Of a stretch of DNA of 64,000 bases, positions 1 through 10,189 are shown one piece after another. The number at the start of each line of letters is the position of its first letter. Position 1 is the first letter of the stretch. Both the position numbers and the translations under genes were made by a program. The notes below the pieces were generated by a model that saw only the letters and a program-made list of their open reading frames with translations, did no database searches and was not told the origin of the DNA. This DNA comes from an uncultured Methylomirabilota bacterium. Its GTDB lineage: Bacteria > Methylomirabilota > Methylomirabilia > Methylomirabilales > 2-02-FULL-66-22. The stretch lies in contig OY970067.1 of the NCBI GenBank assembly GCA_963705305.1, positions 416,001 through 480,000 of the forward strand, given 5' to 3'.

Positions 1-61
1 CGGGCCCGATCGAGCCGGCCCCCGTCACGATGATCGCCTTCCCGCGCATCCGATCGCTCAT
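1..61 (-). CDS. SDR family oxidoreductase, N-terminus only (runs off window)
   Basis: Reverse strand reads MSDRMRGKAIIVTGAGSIGP, a Rossmann TGxxx start; purine-rich RBS upstream; directly downstream of E1 beta. Confidence 0.7.
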   Translation of the reverse strand, partial: MSDRMRGKAIIVTGAGSIGP

Positions 62-132
62 CGCGCGCCCTTTCACATTCCAGTGCCCCGCTCGCGCTAT
101 CCCCGATTCACCGACGCGGCCGGCCGCACCGC

Positions 133-1116
133 CTACGCCTTCCCAAGGAGCCTCCGGACCTCGGCCACCACCCATTCCCTGCCGGGGATCACGAAATCTT
201 CCATGGGCGGGCTGAAGGGATCCGGAACGTTCTTGGCCCCAATCCGCATGACGGGAGCGTCCAGGAAATCGAAAGCCTCTTCCTGGACGACCGCGGCAAC
301 CTCGGCGCCCCAGCCCGCCCTCCGCCAGGTCTCGTGCACCGTGATCAACCGCCCGGTTTTCCGCACGGAGGCAAGAACCGCCTCTTTGTCCCACGGCACC
401 AGCGTGCGCAGGTCCAGGACCTCGCACTCGATGCCGTCCTCGGCCGCCAGCGTGGCCGCCGCGTGGAGACTCTCGTGCACCATCCGGCTGGTTGCCACCA
501 GCGTGACGTCGACACCGGCCCGCCTCACCTCCGCCCGGCCGAACGGCACGTACGCCTCCTCCTCGGGAACCATCCCCTTGAGCCCATAGAGCATCTTGTG
601 CTCGAAGACGATGACAGGATCTTGGCCGGTGAGGGCCGTTTTCAGGAGGCCGTAGACGTTGGCGGGCGTCGAGGGAATTGCCACCTTGATCCCCGGGATG
701 TGCATGAAAAGCGTCTCCACGCTCTGGGAATGGTGGGCCGCCGCCGCGCGCGCCCGCCCGTCCGGGCCCCGCAGGATGATGGGCAGCGCCCTCTGGCCCC
801 CCGACATGTAGCGGATCTTCATGATCTGGTTGATGATGGCCCCCATGCCCGTGAAGAGGAAATCGGCGAAATGGAACTCCACCACCGGACGACAGCCCGC
901 CAGGGCCGCGCCGACGGCCGATCCGTAGATCACCTCTTCCGAGATCGGCGTGTCGATGACCCGATCCTGAAAAGAGCCGAGCAGGTCCTTGTACTGTCCG
1001 AAGATCCCCCCTTGCTTGGCGATGTCCTCGCCGTACGTGAAGATGGTGGGGTCCCGCTCCATTTCTTCTTTGAGCGCCCGACAGATCGCATTGGCGTACG
1101 TCATCTCGATCGGCAT
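133..1116 (-). CDS. TPP-dependent 2-oxoacid/acetoin dehydrogenase E1 beta subunit
   Basis: GEDI..GG, DTPISE, FEHK and DLRTLVPWD motifs. Confidence 0.95.
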   Translation of the reverse strand: MPIEMTYANAICRALKEEMERDPTIFTYGEDIAKQGGIFGQYKDLLGSFQDRVIDTPISEEVIYGSAVGAALAGCRPVVEFHFADFLFTGMGAIINQIMKIRYMSGGQRALPIILRGPDGRARAAAAHHSQSVETLFMHIPGIKVAIPSTPANVYGLLKTALTGQDPVIVFEHKMLYGLKGMVPEEEAYVPFGRAEVRRAGVDVTLVATSRMVHESLHAAATLAAEDGIECEVLDLRTLVPWDKEAVLASVRKTGRLITVHETWRRAGWGAEVAAVVQEEAFDFLDAPVMRIGAKNVPDPFSPPMEDFVIPGREWVVAEVRRLLGKA

Positions 1117-1128
1117 GTCTGCACCGCC

Positions 1129-2112
1129 TTAGTAATCGTAGCCTGCGTCACTCACGAAGAGGTCGCCCAGGGCCTCGGAGGGACTGGGATAGGGGCTCTC
1201 CTCGGCAAATCGGGTCGCCTCGTCCGTTTCGACCTCGTAGCGCCGCCAGATCGCGCCCCGCTCCTCCTCGCTGAGCATCTGCTGATCGGCCAGGTGCCGC
1301 TCGAGCCGACCGATCGGCTCCTCCTGCCAGCGCGCCCGAACATCCTGCGGGTCCCGATACTTCTGCGGGTCCCCGACAAAGTGTCCCTTGAGGCGGTAGG
1401 TCTTGGCTTCGATCAGTGTCGGCCCGTCCCCTCGCCGCGCCTTCTCGATGGCCGCGCGCGCAGCCCGATGGACCTGCAGGACATCGTTGCCGTCCACGCA
1501 CAGGCCTTCCATGCTGTACGACTGCGCCCGCGCGGCAATGTCCTTCACGGAGGTGGACTCGACGGTGGGCATGGTCGAGGCATAGCAGTTGTGCTCGACC
1601 ACGAACACGACCGGCAGGCGGTAGATGGCGGCCCAGTTCAGCCCTTCGTGGAACGCCCCGCGATTCGACGCCCCGTCGCCAAAGAAACAGGCGACGACCT
1701 GATCGGTCTTCTTCACCAGCCGGATCGCCATTCCGGCGCCAACGGCAATGGGAATCCCTCCGGCAACCTCCCCATTTGCCCCCAGGACACCGAGGGAGAA
1801 GTCCATGATGTGCATGGACCCGCCCTTTCCCCTGCAGTAGCCCGTGGCTTTTCCGAACAGTTCCGCCATCATCCGCTTGCTGTCGGCCCCCTTGGCAAGC
1901 ATGTGCCCGTGGCCGCGATGCGTGCTGGTGATGTAGTCATCCGTCCGCAGTTGGGTGATCACCCCCGCGGCAATCGCCTCCTCGCCGACATAGAGATGGA
2001 TGAACCCCGGGATCTTCTTGTCCAGAAACAGCTGCTCGGCACGCTGCTCGAAGACGCGGATGCGAACCATGGTCTCGTAGAGACGCGTCAACTCCCTCCT
2101 CTCGATGGCCAT
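1129..2112 (-). CDS. TPP-dependent dehydrogenase E1 alpha subunit
   Basis: GFIHLYVGEE, THRGHGH, GKGGSMH, TPP motif GDGA..N and TYRLKGH. Confidence 0.95.
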   Translation of the reverse strand: MAIERRELTRLYETMVRIRVFEQRAEQLFLDKKIPGFIHLYVGEEAIAAGVITQLRTDDYITSTHRGHGHMLAKGADSKRMMAELFGKATGYCRGKGGSMHIMDFSLGVLGANGEVAGGIPIAVGAGMAIRLVKKTDQVVACFFGDGASNRGAFHEGLNWAAIYRLPVVFVVEHNCYASTMPTVESTSVKDIAARAQSYSMEGLCVDGNDVLQVHRAARAAIEKARRGDGPTLIEAKTYRLKGHFVGDPQKYRDPQDVRARWQEEPIGRLERHLADQQMLSEEERGAIWRRYEVETDEATRFAEESPYPSPSEALGDLFVSDAGYDY

Positions 2113-2744
2113 ACCGTTCCTCCCGTCAGGCTTTGCGGCAGGGCGAGCGCCGTGATCGAAAGCCTCTCTCTCGGGCCGGGCCGCCGCAGGCGGACCATCG
2201 TCAGGGATCTTCCTGAGTGGTCGGGGTGCCGGGCGGGAGCGGACGCGGGATGCGAGAGGCCTGCCCCGGAGCCGGGGCTCCGGACGCCCGTGCGCTGGGC
2301 CGCAGGGATCCCGCGACCGGTCAGGTCATCGGGATCCGGGTGCTGGAATCTGAGAGCATCGGGAAGCCGCGCGTGGCAGCGCGGTTCCCGCAGGAGGCGA
2401 GGGAAGTCACGAGCCGGGTCTGGCCGGATGCAAAGGCGGGGAGATGATCGAAGGGAAGCGGCACACGGCGGGAGCGCGGGGCGGTGCCCGCTCCGGCCTC
2501 CCGCCGACGGAAAGGCCGTCTGGCCGGGATAAAAAGGCGCTTCCGCATTTTCCCGCACGGCCAAGGCCTTTCCATTGAGAGGGGAACGGCCCCGTAGACG
2601 GCTGGATTGGATCACGGGCCCCCTCGCCGTGTCAAGCCATCCACCGGCGGCAAGCAGACTCCGGTGATATTTCCGGGCGTTTCGCTTCGACCAGGAGCGC
2701 CTCCATGGACACGGGGCCACCCCGCCGGAGATCTTCCGCATCCC

Positions 2745-3353
2745 TCACTCGTGGGGCAGCGGGCCGGGCAGATCGAAGCGCTGGCGAGTCGTGCAGTACC
2801 GGTCGCCGTATAGGCGCCCAATAGGACGGTAGGTCTCGCTCACGCGCCAGGTGGCGGGATCCACGAGCCCCTCTCGGACGTGCGCGTACAGGACCTCACC
2901 GAGGACCACCTCCCGGGCAGATCCGAACGTGAGGCGCCGGGTCAGCCGGCACTCCAGGCTGGCCGGAGCCTCCAGGATCCGCGGCGGCTTCACCATGACG
3001 CTGGGCGCCGGCGTGAATCCCGCCGCGACGAATTCACTCTCGGTCTCGGGCAGCTCTTGGGCGGTCAGCAGCATCGCGTTGGCCATACCTTCGTCCACCA
3101 GGTTCACCACGAAGGCCTTTGTCCGGCGGATGTTCCTCACCGTATCTTTCAACTGGCCGTCGCTCCGCCGATTGAAGCTGAGGACCACCATGGGGGGCTC
3201 GTCGGCCAGCACGTTGAAGAACGAGAATGGAGCGGCGTTGTACACTCCGCAGGCGCTCATGGTCGAGACCAGGGCGATGGGGCGTGGGTAGACCAAGCCG
3301 ATCAGCAGCTTGTACCGTGCTGGCCGCTCCAGGTCGCCAAACCGGAATTCCAT
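2745..3353 (-). CDS. Flavin reductase-like FMN-binding protein (DIM6/NTAB family)
   Basis: PRPIALVST, NAAPFSFF, KDTVRNI, FVVN and IGRLYG motifs. Confidence 0.9.
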   Translation of the reverse strand: MEFRFGDLERPARYKLLIGLVYPRPIALVSTMSACGVYNAAPFSFFNVLADEPPMVVLSFNRRSDGQLKDTVRNIRRTKAFVVNLVDEGMANAMLLTAQELPETESEFVAAGFTPAPSVMVKPPRILEAPASLECRLTRRLTFGSAREVVLGEVLYAHVREGLVDPATWRVSETYRPIGRLYGDRYCTTRQRFDLPGPLPHE

Positions 3354-3467
3354 GGGGGATGCCTCAGCTGTCGCCGCCCCGCCCCGAGCGTCGGGCTCCG
3401 CCCGCGGAAGTCGCGGTGCTGTCCCGCGGGCTGGCCCCTACGCGCCCGTTCAGCGCGGGACCGTCAG

Positions 3468-4133
3468 TCACACCCCGAGCATCTCGGCCATGATGCGGGG
3501 AATCAGGGTCTGCGGGCAGAGCACGGGTTTGCCGGACAAGACCCGCATCCGGTGGGCCTCCTCGGGAGAGAAGCCCAGGCAGTCCAGGACGATCAGCTCC
3601 AGATCGGGCCGGCTGAGTTCCCTGGCCGCCCGCGGGAGATCGGAAGGGTTCGCTGGCGAGGCCACGGCCGCCTCGACTTCAAACCCCCTCCCCTGCCAGT
3701 GCGCCTTGGCGCACTCGGTCTGGCCGGCATTGGGGATCACGATCCCGATGCGGTTTCCGGAGCATACTCCCCTGACCATCGACGGGAGCAGCCGGCCGGG
3801 ATAGAGGACCGGAATGGGGCTCTGCAGCGCCGGGAAATCGCCCGCACACATGACCGCCGCCATGACCGCTCCCTCCCCGGCCACCTGCAACACCCGTTCG
3901 TCCAGGAGAGGCTTGAGGCGGTACAGCGAGATCTCCCTGGTCGTGCCGTCGCGCAGGATCGTGAACAGGGGGTACTCGCCGCCGGCCGCCGCCATGCGGT
4001 CGATCGTTTCCTCGGACAGGCCGTCCAGCGCCCCCCGCACGAGCAGCTGCACCTGCGGCAAGTGGCGCCGGAACACTCTCTCGAAATCCGGCCGGGGAGT
4101 CTGTCCGATAGTGAGGATTCCCACCGTATCCAC
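3468..4133 (-). CDS. AroM family protein (Asp/Glu/hydantoin racemase fold)
   Basis: GTG start with GAGGG RBS; TIGQTPRPD, MCAGDF, ASP and LDCLGF motifs. Confidence 0.85.
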   Translation of the reverse strand: MDTVGILTIGQTPRPDFERVFRRHLPQVQLLVRGALDGLSEETIDRMAAAGGEYPLFTILRDGTTREISLYRLKPLLDERVLQVAGEGAVMAAVMCAGDFPALQSPIPVLYPGRLLPSMVRGVCSGNRIGIVIPNAGQTECAKAHWQGRGFEVEAAVASPANPSDLPRAARELSRPDLELIVLDCLGFSPEEAHRMRVLSGKPVLCPQTLIPRIMAEMLGV

Positions 4134-4210
4134 GGGCCCCTCGCTTGGATGTCTTCGCCTCCGAAGCCGCACGCGGCTTCGGACCGGAGAGGATGAGGCG
4201 CGCGCCCGTC

Positions 4211-5440
4211 TCAGATCCGGCCAGCCAATCCCAGCAACGTCCCCAGCAGCACCTGGCAGCCCTGCGCGGCCTGGTCGGGCTCGATCCACTCGTCGGGACT
4301 GTGACTGACCCCTCGCCGACACGGGACGAAGATCATCCCCGTGGGGACCCCCGCCGCAGCGAAGCTCTGGGCATCGTGCCCGGCGCCGCTGGGCATGCGG
4401 ATGCACGAGAGCCCCTCTTGGGCAGCCGCATCGGCTACCGCTTGGATGAGATGCTCGGCACACGGGGTGCCGTCCTTCTCGAAGATTGTCTCCACCTTCC
4501 AGCCCCTCCGGGCCGCCGCGTGGGCTTTGAGCACCTCGCGGAGGTGGACCATGTCCTCCCGCTTCTGCGAGCGCACTTCAACCGTGAAGCGACAACGGCC
4601 GGGCACCACATTGGTGGCGCCGGGTTGAAGCTCCAACCGGCCGATGGTTCCCACCATGTCCGGATCGCGCGCCTTCACCCACTCGGGAAGCAGGGTAAAC
4701 AGCGGCGCGGCCTTCACCAGGGCGTCCTCCCGAAGGGCCATCGGCGTGGTGCCGGCGTGGGCCGGCTCGCCCTCGACACTCACCAGGTAGCGGTAGATTC
4801 CGACGATCGCCGTCACGGCGCCGATCTGGATACCTTGGCTCTCCAGCCGCGCTCCCTGTTCGATGTGGAGCTCCAGGTAGCAGGTGAATGCCCGGGGATC
4901 CCGGCGAGCCTCGCCGATCCGCTCCGGATTCCTGCCGGCCTTGCTGAGGTCATCAGCGAAGGACGGCCGGCCCTGCCCGATCCGCTGGAAGATCTCGCCG
5001 TCGGCAAGGCTGCCCATCATGGCCCGGCTGCCCACCGTGCCAGCATTGTGCGCGGCCTCCTCGTCGCAGAAATTGATGAGCTCCAGGTCCCAGGGAAGCT
5101 CGATGCCACGCTCTCGAATCGTCCGGATGCACTCCAAGCCCCCGAGGACCCCTAGAACGCCATCGAATTGCCCTCCTCCCGGCACCGAGTCCAGGTGAGA
5201 GCCCACGGCCACCAGGCCCGCGCCCGCTGTTCGGGATGGCAGGCGGCCGACTACGTTGTACGCGGCATCGACGGACGTCTCCAGGCCAGCCTCCCGCAGC
5301 CTGCCGATCAGCCACTCCTTGGCATGGAGATCCGCGTCGGACAGAGCCGTTCGGCTCGCCCCGCGGCCCGGCGTGAATCCCATCTTTCCCACCGCCATGA
5401 GATCGGCCCACAACCGGTCGGCGTTGATCTTAGGAGTCAT
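4211..5440 (-). CDS. M20 Zn-dependent hydrolase (N-carbamoyl-amino acid / allantoate amidohydrolase)
   Basis: GSHLDSV, DGVLGV, DEE, ELHIEQG, HAGTTPM, SGAGHDA and SHSPDE motifs. Confidence 0.93.
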   Translation of the reverse strand: MTPKINADRLWADLMAVGKMGFTPGRGASRTALSDADLHAKEWLIGRLREAGLETSVDAAYNVVGRLPSRTAGAGLVAVGSHLDSVPGGGQFDGVLGVLGGLECIRTIRERGIELPWDLELINFCDEEAAHNAGTVGSRAMMGSLADGEIFQRIGQGRPSFADDLSKAGRNPERIGEARRDPRAFTCYLELHIEQGARLESQGIQIGAVTAIVGIYRYLVSVEGEPAHAGTTPMALREDALVKAAPLFTLLPEWVKARDPDMVGTIGRLELQPGATNVVPGRCRFTVEVRSQKREDMVHLREVLKAHAAARRGWKVETIFEKDGTPCAEHLIQAVADAAAQEGLSCIRMPSGAGHDAQSFAAAGVPTGMIFVPCRRGVSHSPDEWIEPDQAAQGCQVLLGTLLGLAGRI

Positions 5441-5597
5441 CGCTCCCCCGCTGCATGACAGCCCTCTGATGAGCACGGCGTCGGGCACCACCCGGCCGTC
5501 GCCGGGCGACGCCATCCGCCCCCGTCAGTACTGGATGACACGGGCGACCGCCCGGCTCTGCTATCGTACGCGCTTCCACGATCGGGGGCTGCCGACA

Positions 5598-6443
5598 TCA
5601 CGCCTGTCCTCGGGAATCGCTCGATCCGGTCTCACCGTCCTCGAAGGCGGCAACAGCCTCGGCCACGGTGAGGGCGGGGCGCGGTAGGCCCACCCCCAGA
5701 CTCCACCGGGTGATCATGGGCGGCGCCAGGGCGGTCCGCTGCAGGACCTCCACCTCTCGGAAGACCTCTCGGGGGGTGCCATCCAACAGCAGCTCGCCCC
5801 GGAACATCACCAGGGTGCGGCTGGCGCACTCCGCCAAGAGCTCCATGTCGTGGGTCACGAGGACGAGCGTGTGGCCGGCCGCATTCAACTGCCGTAGCGT
5901 CCCAACTAGCCGACTGACCTGCTGCCGGTCTTGGCCGCCCGTGGGCTCGTCCAGGATCAGGACGGGGGGGCGCATGGCGAGGAGGGAGGCGATGGCCAGG
6001 CGCTGGCGCTCGCCGCGGCTCAGCCGGAAGGGATGGCGGTCTTCCAGCCCCTGAAGGTCGAGGAGCTCTACGACATACCGACAGCTGGCCTCGATCTCGG
6101 CGGCCGGCATCCCGAGATTTCGGGGGCCGAATATGATCTCCTCGTGCACCGTGTTGCAGAAGATTTGATGATCCGGATTCTGAAAGACATAGCCCGCGTG
6201 GCGAGCCAATTCGGCCACCCCCTGGGTGCGGGTGTCCACTCCCAGCAGGCGGACCACCCCGCTGGTCGGCTTCAGCAAGCCGTTGAAATGTTTTACCAGG
6301 GTGGATTTGCCCGATCCGTTCTGGCCGACCACGCCGAGGAACTCCCCTGACCGGATGGTCACGGTGACCCCCTTGAGGGCCTCGACGCCGGACGGGTACG
6401 CGAAGCGGAGGTCGGCCGCCTCAATGGCGGGCGTGCTGTCCAT
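5598..6443 (-). CDS. ECF transporter ATPase (intact P-loop)
   Basis: GQNGSGKST, FQNPDHQ, LSRGERQR, LDEPT and THD motifs. Confidence 0.92.
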   Translation of the reverse strand: MDSTPAIEAADLRFAYPSGVEALKGVTVTIRSGEFLGVVGQNGSGKSTLVKHFNGLLKPTSGVVRLLGVDTRTQGVAELARHAGYVFQNPDHQIFCNTVHEEIIFGPRNLGMPAAEIEASCRYVVELLDLQGLEDRHPFRLSRGERQRLAIASLLAMRPPVLILDEPTGGQDRQQVSRLVGTLRQLNAAGHTLVLVTHDMELLAECASRTLVMFRGELLLDGTPREVFREVEVLQRTALAPPMITRWSLGVGLPRPALTVAEAVAAFEDGETGSSDSRGQA

Positions 6444-7266
6444 AGAGTGCACCAAGGCTTTGGATTCCTTCCTCGAGCGTGACAGGGACGGGGCCGGTGA
6501 GGTGGAGCCGCTGCTGGAGCGCCAGATACAGGTCGGTGACTTGCGGGAAACGGATCTTCGGGTCGTCCCGGATGGACGCATAAAACTCGCGGGGCGGCGC
6601 GAGGACCGCCGCCTTGCCCTCGCGCAGCAGGAGCATCCGATCGGCCAACGGGGCCACCCGGTCCGGATCGTTCTCCACGATCACAATGGTCGTCCCCCGC
6701 GCCTTCAGCTGCGCCAGGAGGCCGAACACTTCCTCGGTCCCCAGGGGGTCCAGCTCGCGCGTCGGCTCATCGAGGATCAAGATGGTGGGTTGCATGGCGA
6801 GGATCGCGGCCACCGATGCTCGCTGCTTCTGCCCGCCGGATAGCTCCTGGGACATGCGCCCCCCCAACCCCTGCAGGCCGACGAGCCCCAGCACCGTTTC
6901 CAGGCGAAAGACCATTTCCTCGCGGGGCACCCCCAGGTTCTCCATCCCGAAGACCACGTCGGCCTCCAGGGTCAGATTGAACAGCGCGTTCTCCGGATCC
7001 TGCAGGACCATTCCGACCTTCGTGGCCAGCTCGGCGAGACGCGCGGCGCGGGTGGACACGCCCTCCACGATGACCTCCCCTTCCATCCGGCCGGCGACGA
7101 GGTGCGGGATGGCCCCCACGAGGCAGAGACAGAGGGTGCTCTTGGCAGAGCCGAACACCGCCAGGCATTCTCCCCGCTCGAGGTCGAAACTGACCCCGCC
7201 GAGGGTCGGTTCAGAGGCCAAGGGATAATGAAAGACCAGATCGCGCACGCTGAGAATTGGCATCAT
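6421..7266 (-). CDS. ECF transporter ATPase with shortened P-loop
   Basis: QDPE, LSGGQKQR and LDEPT present; Walker A reads FGSAKST; H-switch reads END. Confidence 0.88.
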   Translation of the reverse strand: MMPILSVRDLVFHYPLASEPTLGGVSFDLERGECLAVFGSAKSTLCLCLVGAIPHLVAGRMEGEVIVEGVSTRAARLAELATKVGMVLQDPENALFNLTLEADVVFGMENLGVPREEMVFRLETVLGLVGLQGLGGRMSQELSGGQKQRASVAAILAMQPTILILDEPTRELDPLGTEEVFGLLAQLKARGTTIVIVENDPDRVAPLADRMLLLREGKAAVLAPPREFYASIRDDPKIRFPQVTDLYLALQQRLHLTGPVPVTLEEGIQSLGALYGQHARH

Positions 7267-7270
7267 GCCC

Positions 7271-8062
7271 TCAGAGCCACCCGCCGAGAACCGCGCCGAG
7301 GACGGCGGCGGCCGCCAGCACTGCCGCCGCCCGGAGACCGATATCCAGCGCCCCCCGTTGCACCTCCACGAAGAACGTCCGGTCCGGACGTGCGCCGAAG
7401 GCCCGCAAATCCAGCGCCAGCGCGATCGTGGACGCACGCCGGAGCGCGATCAGGACGAGCGGCACCATCAGGGGGAAGACGCGAAAGACGCGCAGCAGCG
7501 GGTTCACGCGCTCGATGTCGTAGCCGCGGCATTGCTGCGCGTTCTTGATCGTGGTCAGCTCTTCCAGCATGAGCGGCAGGAACCGCAGGGCCAAGGTAAA
7601 GCTGTAGGCATACTTGAACGGCATGCCGAGGTCGCATAAGGCCTTCGTGAACTTCGCCGGATGAACGACCACGAAAAAGATGGTCAGGGTGATCGCCAGC
7701 AGGACCACGCGCAGGGTGATGCGCAGCCCGAGCACGAACCCCTGCCCGGACAGGGTGATCTCCCGGCCCAGGATGTGCCAGCTCGCGACGATCTGCTCGG
7801 GCTGCGTCACCGTCTGAATGAGCGTGATGAAGAAACACAGGGGCAAGATGAGTATGAGCGGCGCCAGGACCGTCCGGGCAGGCAGCCGCCCTACGACCAT
7901 GAACAGGAGCAGCGCCGCGAGGGTGGCGCCCATGACCCCCAGATGGAGGGTCGAGAAAACGATCACCGTGGCGCACACCACCAGAGTCGCCATCGTCATC
8001 GGGTGCAGCCGGGTCGTCCAGGAGCGCCCCTCGAGGGCAAACGTGTAAAGCGATCGGGCCAT
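7271..8062 (-). CDS. ecfT: ECF transporter transmembrane T component
   Basis: LHP N-terminus, hydrophobic helices, ALRFLP, xRx motifs (CRG, LRA). Confidence 0.9.
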   Translation of the reverse strand: MARSLYTFALEGRSWTTRLHPMTMATLVVCATVIVFSTLHLGVMGATLAALLLFMVVGRLPARTVLAPLILILPLCFFITLIQTVTQPEQIVASWHILGREITLSGQGFVLGLRITLRVVLLAITLTIFFVVVHPAKFTKALCDLGMPFKYAYSFTLALRFLPLMLEELTTIKNAQQCRGYDIERVNPLLRVFRVFPLMVPLVLIALRRASTIALALDLRAFGARPDRTFFVEVQRGALDIGLRAAAVLAAAAVLGAVLGGWL

Positions 8063-8078
8063 AATACGATGGGGCCTC

Positions 8079-8666
8079 CTACTCCTCCACGAAGCCCGCG
8101 TTCCGGACCACGTTGAGAAGTCCCCGCAGGAAGATGGCCGGAACGGGGATGCAGACCGCGGTTTGAAACGCATACAGATTCAGCATCTTATGCCACGGCA
8201 ATTTGAAGTAGAACACGTGGAGCGGGATGTAGAGCACCACCAGCAGGAGGGCGGCCGTAATCGAATAGACGATCACGTAGGGCCAGGAGATGATGTTCCG
8301 GAAATACCGCCCCACCAGCCAGGCACTGAAGGCCTGGGAGGCATTGGTGATCAGCCAGAAGGGGGCGATCGGGCTCGTGCCGGTGGCGGTGGCGATCAGG
8401 GGGTTGATGTCCGCCACGATGATCCCGGGCACCAGGCCGTACAGCATGGTCCCCAGCCCGATCATCGTCATCGAAATGATGCGGCCGGACACCGGGAACA
8501 ATCCCCCGAAGAGGAGCGTATCTAGCCGTTCTGCAAACTGCAGGAGGCCGATCATGGCCAGCGCCAGGAAGATGGCGCTTACGATTCCCTTGGAATCCAC
8601 CCGCCCCGGGCAAGCCTTCGCGGACATCTTGGCCAACGGAATGGTGAACTGCTTCGTCGTTGCCAT
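8079..8666 (-). CDS. Putative ECF S (substrate-binding) component
   Basis: About 195 aa, several TM helices, AAGGAGG RBS, immediately upstream of ecfT and the ATPases. Confidence 0.7.
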   Translation of the reverse strand: MATTKQFTIPLAKMSAKACPGRVDSKGIVSAIFLALAMIGLLQFAERLDTLLFGGLFPVSGRIISMTMIGLGTMLYGLVPGIIVADINPLIATATGTSPIAPFWLITNASQAFSAWLVGRYFRNIISWPYVIVYSITAALLLVVLYIPLHVFYFKLPWHKMLNLYAFQTAVCIPVPAIFLRGLLNVVRNAGFVEE

Positions 8667-8778
8667 CGTGCCCTCCTCCTTGAGGGATGCATTGCCTGCC
8701 GCACATGACGCACCGCCCCTCACCGGCAGCCGCTGCGCGGCCCCTTGACGGCCCCGGCGCGTGCCGCCGGGCCGCAGA

Positions 8779-10137
8779 TCAGGCAGTCCCCGGCGCGGCC
8801 CCTGGCACAAACCGGCCGTCTCCCGGTTTCGCCAGGAGCTCCCCGTCCCGGTACGCGAACACCCCACGGACCAGCGTCGCCACCACCGCCCCCTGCACCG
8901 TCATCCCTGCAAACGGACTCCACCGGGCATGCGAAAACATCTGATCGTCGCGGACCACCCAGCGCTTCTTGGGGTCGAACAGCACGAGGTCCGCATCGGC
9001 GCCCGGGCGGAGCTCGCCTTTCGTCGGCGGCAGATCGAAGACCCGCGCAACATTCCGGCTCAGAACCTCTACGAAGCGGCCCAGGCTGATCCGCCCTTTG
9101 GCCACCCCTTCGCTGTACAGCAGCGGGACGAGCGTCTGGACGCCGGGGGCGCCGGAGCCGTTCTCGAAGATGTCCGGCTTGCTCTTGCTTTCTGGGGGCC
9201 AGGGGGCATGGTCCGAGGCCACGAGGTCGATCCGGCCGGCCGCCAGGTCCGCCCACAACCCCTCCACGTCCGCGCGCTCCCGCACCGGCGGGTTGATCTT
9301 TGCCTTGGCCTTCAGGCGATCCATGTCGTCGATCGTCAGCACGAGGTAATGCGGGCACGTCTCCGCGGTGACCCGGGCTCCCTCCCGCCGATAGCGCTGG
9401 ACCAACTCGATGCAACGGGGGAGCGAGACATGATGGATGTGCAAGCGGACGCCCGTCTCCAGGGCAAACTCGCAGGCCCGGAGGGTAGCCTCCACCTCGG
9501 AGATCGGAGGCCGGCTCAGGCAGTGGTCGCGAGGCGCCGTGCGGCCGGCAGCGCGCAGCTGCCGGACGGTCTCCTGGACGATGCGATCGTTCTCCGCGTG
9601 AACCCCCGCGTGCAACCCTGTCCGGGCCACCCGCCGGAAGGCCTCCAGCAGAAAGGGGTCCGGCACGATGGGGAAGCGCACCGGGTCCGTATCGAAGAGG
9701 GACATCTTGTATCCGCAGGCGCCGGCTGCCGCCAGGCCGGCGACCTGGTCCAGGGTCTCCTTCTTGACAGCCGCCAGCATGGCGCAATCCACGCGGGTCT
9801 CTTTTCGGATCCGATCCAGCTTTGCCATGAACTGGTCCGTGGTCGATATCCCGGCCGGGGCATCGAACGGCATGTCCACGATGGTGGTCACGCCGCCCGC
9901 CGCCGCCGCCGCGGTTGCGGCGGGTACTCCCTCGAAGGGCGTGCTGGCGCAGTGGACGTGGGCATCGATGAAGCCGGGGAAGACCAGCAGGCCGGCGGCG
10001 TCTACCCGCTCTCGGGCGGGCGGTTCATATCCCGGCGCGAACCATCCGGCGATTCGCCCATCGCGCACCCCGATCCCCGCCCCGGAGGCGATTCGCCCAT
10101 CCCACACCACATCTCCCACGATCAGCATGTCCAGCAT
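8779..10137 (-). CDS. Cyclic amidohydrolase (allantoinase / dihydroorotase / hydantoinase family)
   Basis: DAHVH, AAAGGVTT..DMP, GYK, HAEN, HHVS, ETCPHYL, NPPVR and SDHAP motifs. Confidence 0.93.
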   Translation of the reverse strand: MLDMLIVGDVVWDGRIASGAGIGVRDGRIAGWFAPGYEPPARERVDAAGLLVFPGFIDAHVHCASTPFEGVPAATAAAAAGGVTTIVDMPFDAPAGISTTDQFMAKLDRIRKETRVDCAMLAAVKKETLDQVAGLAAAGACGYKMSLFDTDPVRFPIVPDPFLLEAFRRVARTGLHAGVHAENDRIVQETVRQLRAAGRTAPRDHCLSRPPISEVEATLRACEFALETGVRLHIHHVSLPRCIELVQRYRREGARVTAETCPHYLVLTIDDMDRLKAKAKINPPVRERADVEGLWADLAAGRIDLVASDHAPWPPESKSKPDIFENGSGAPGVQTLVPLLYSEGVAKGRISLGRFVEVLSRNVARVFDLPPTKGELRPGADADLVLFDPKKRWVVRDDQMFSHARWSPFAGMTVQGAVVATLVRGVFAYRDGELLAKPGDGRFVPGAAPGTA

Positions 10138-10189
10138 GGCTCTCTCCGTTCCCTCTCCTTGCAAGTCGAGGAGACGACCGGCCGTCCCG

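Noticed and set aside
2217..2447. Short ORF with RRDPATGQVIGIRVL, reminiscent of DUF2283
   Set aside because: Only one short motif and no clear start; at most a decayed relic.
334..2532. 732-aa + strand ORF and similar long antisense ORFs (e.g. 35140-37860, 22453-24321, 2880-4196)
   Set aside because: Shadow frames of well-supported genes in high-GC DNA; no recognisable motifs.
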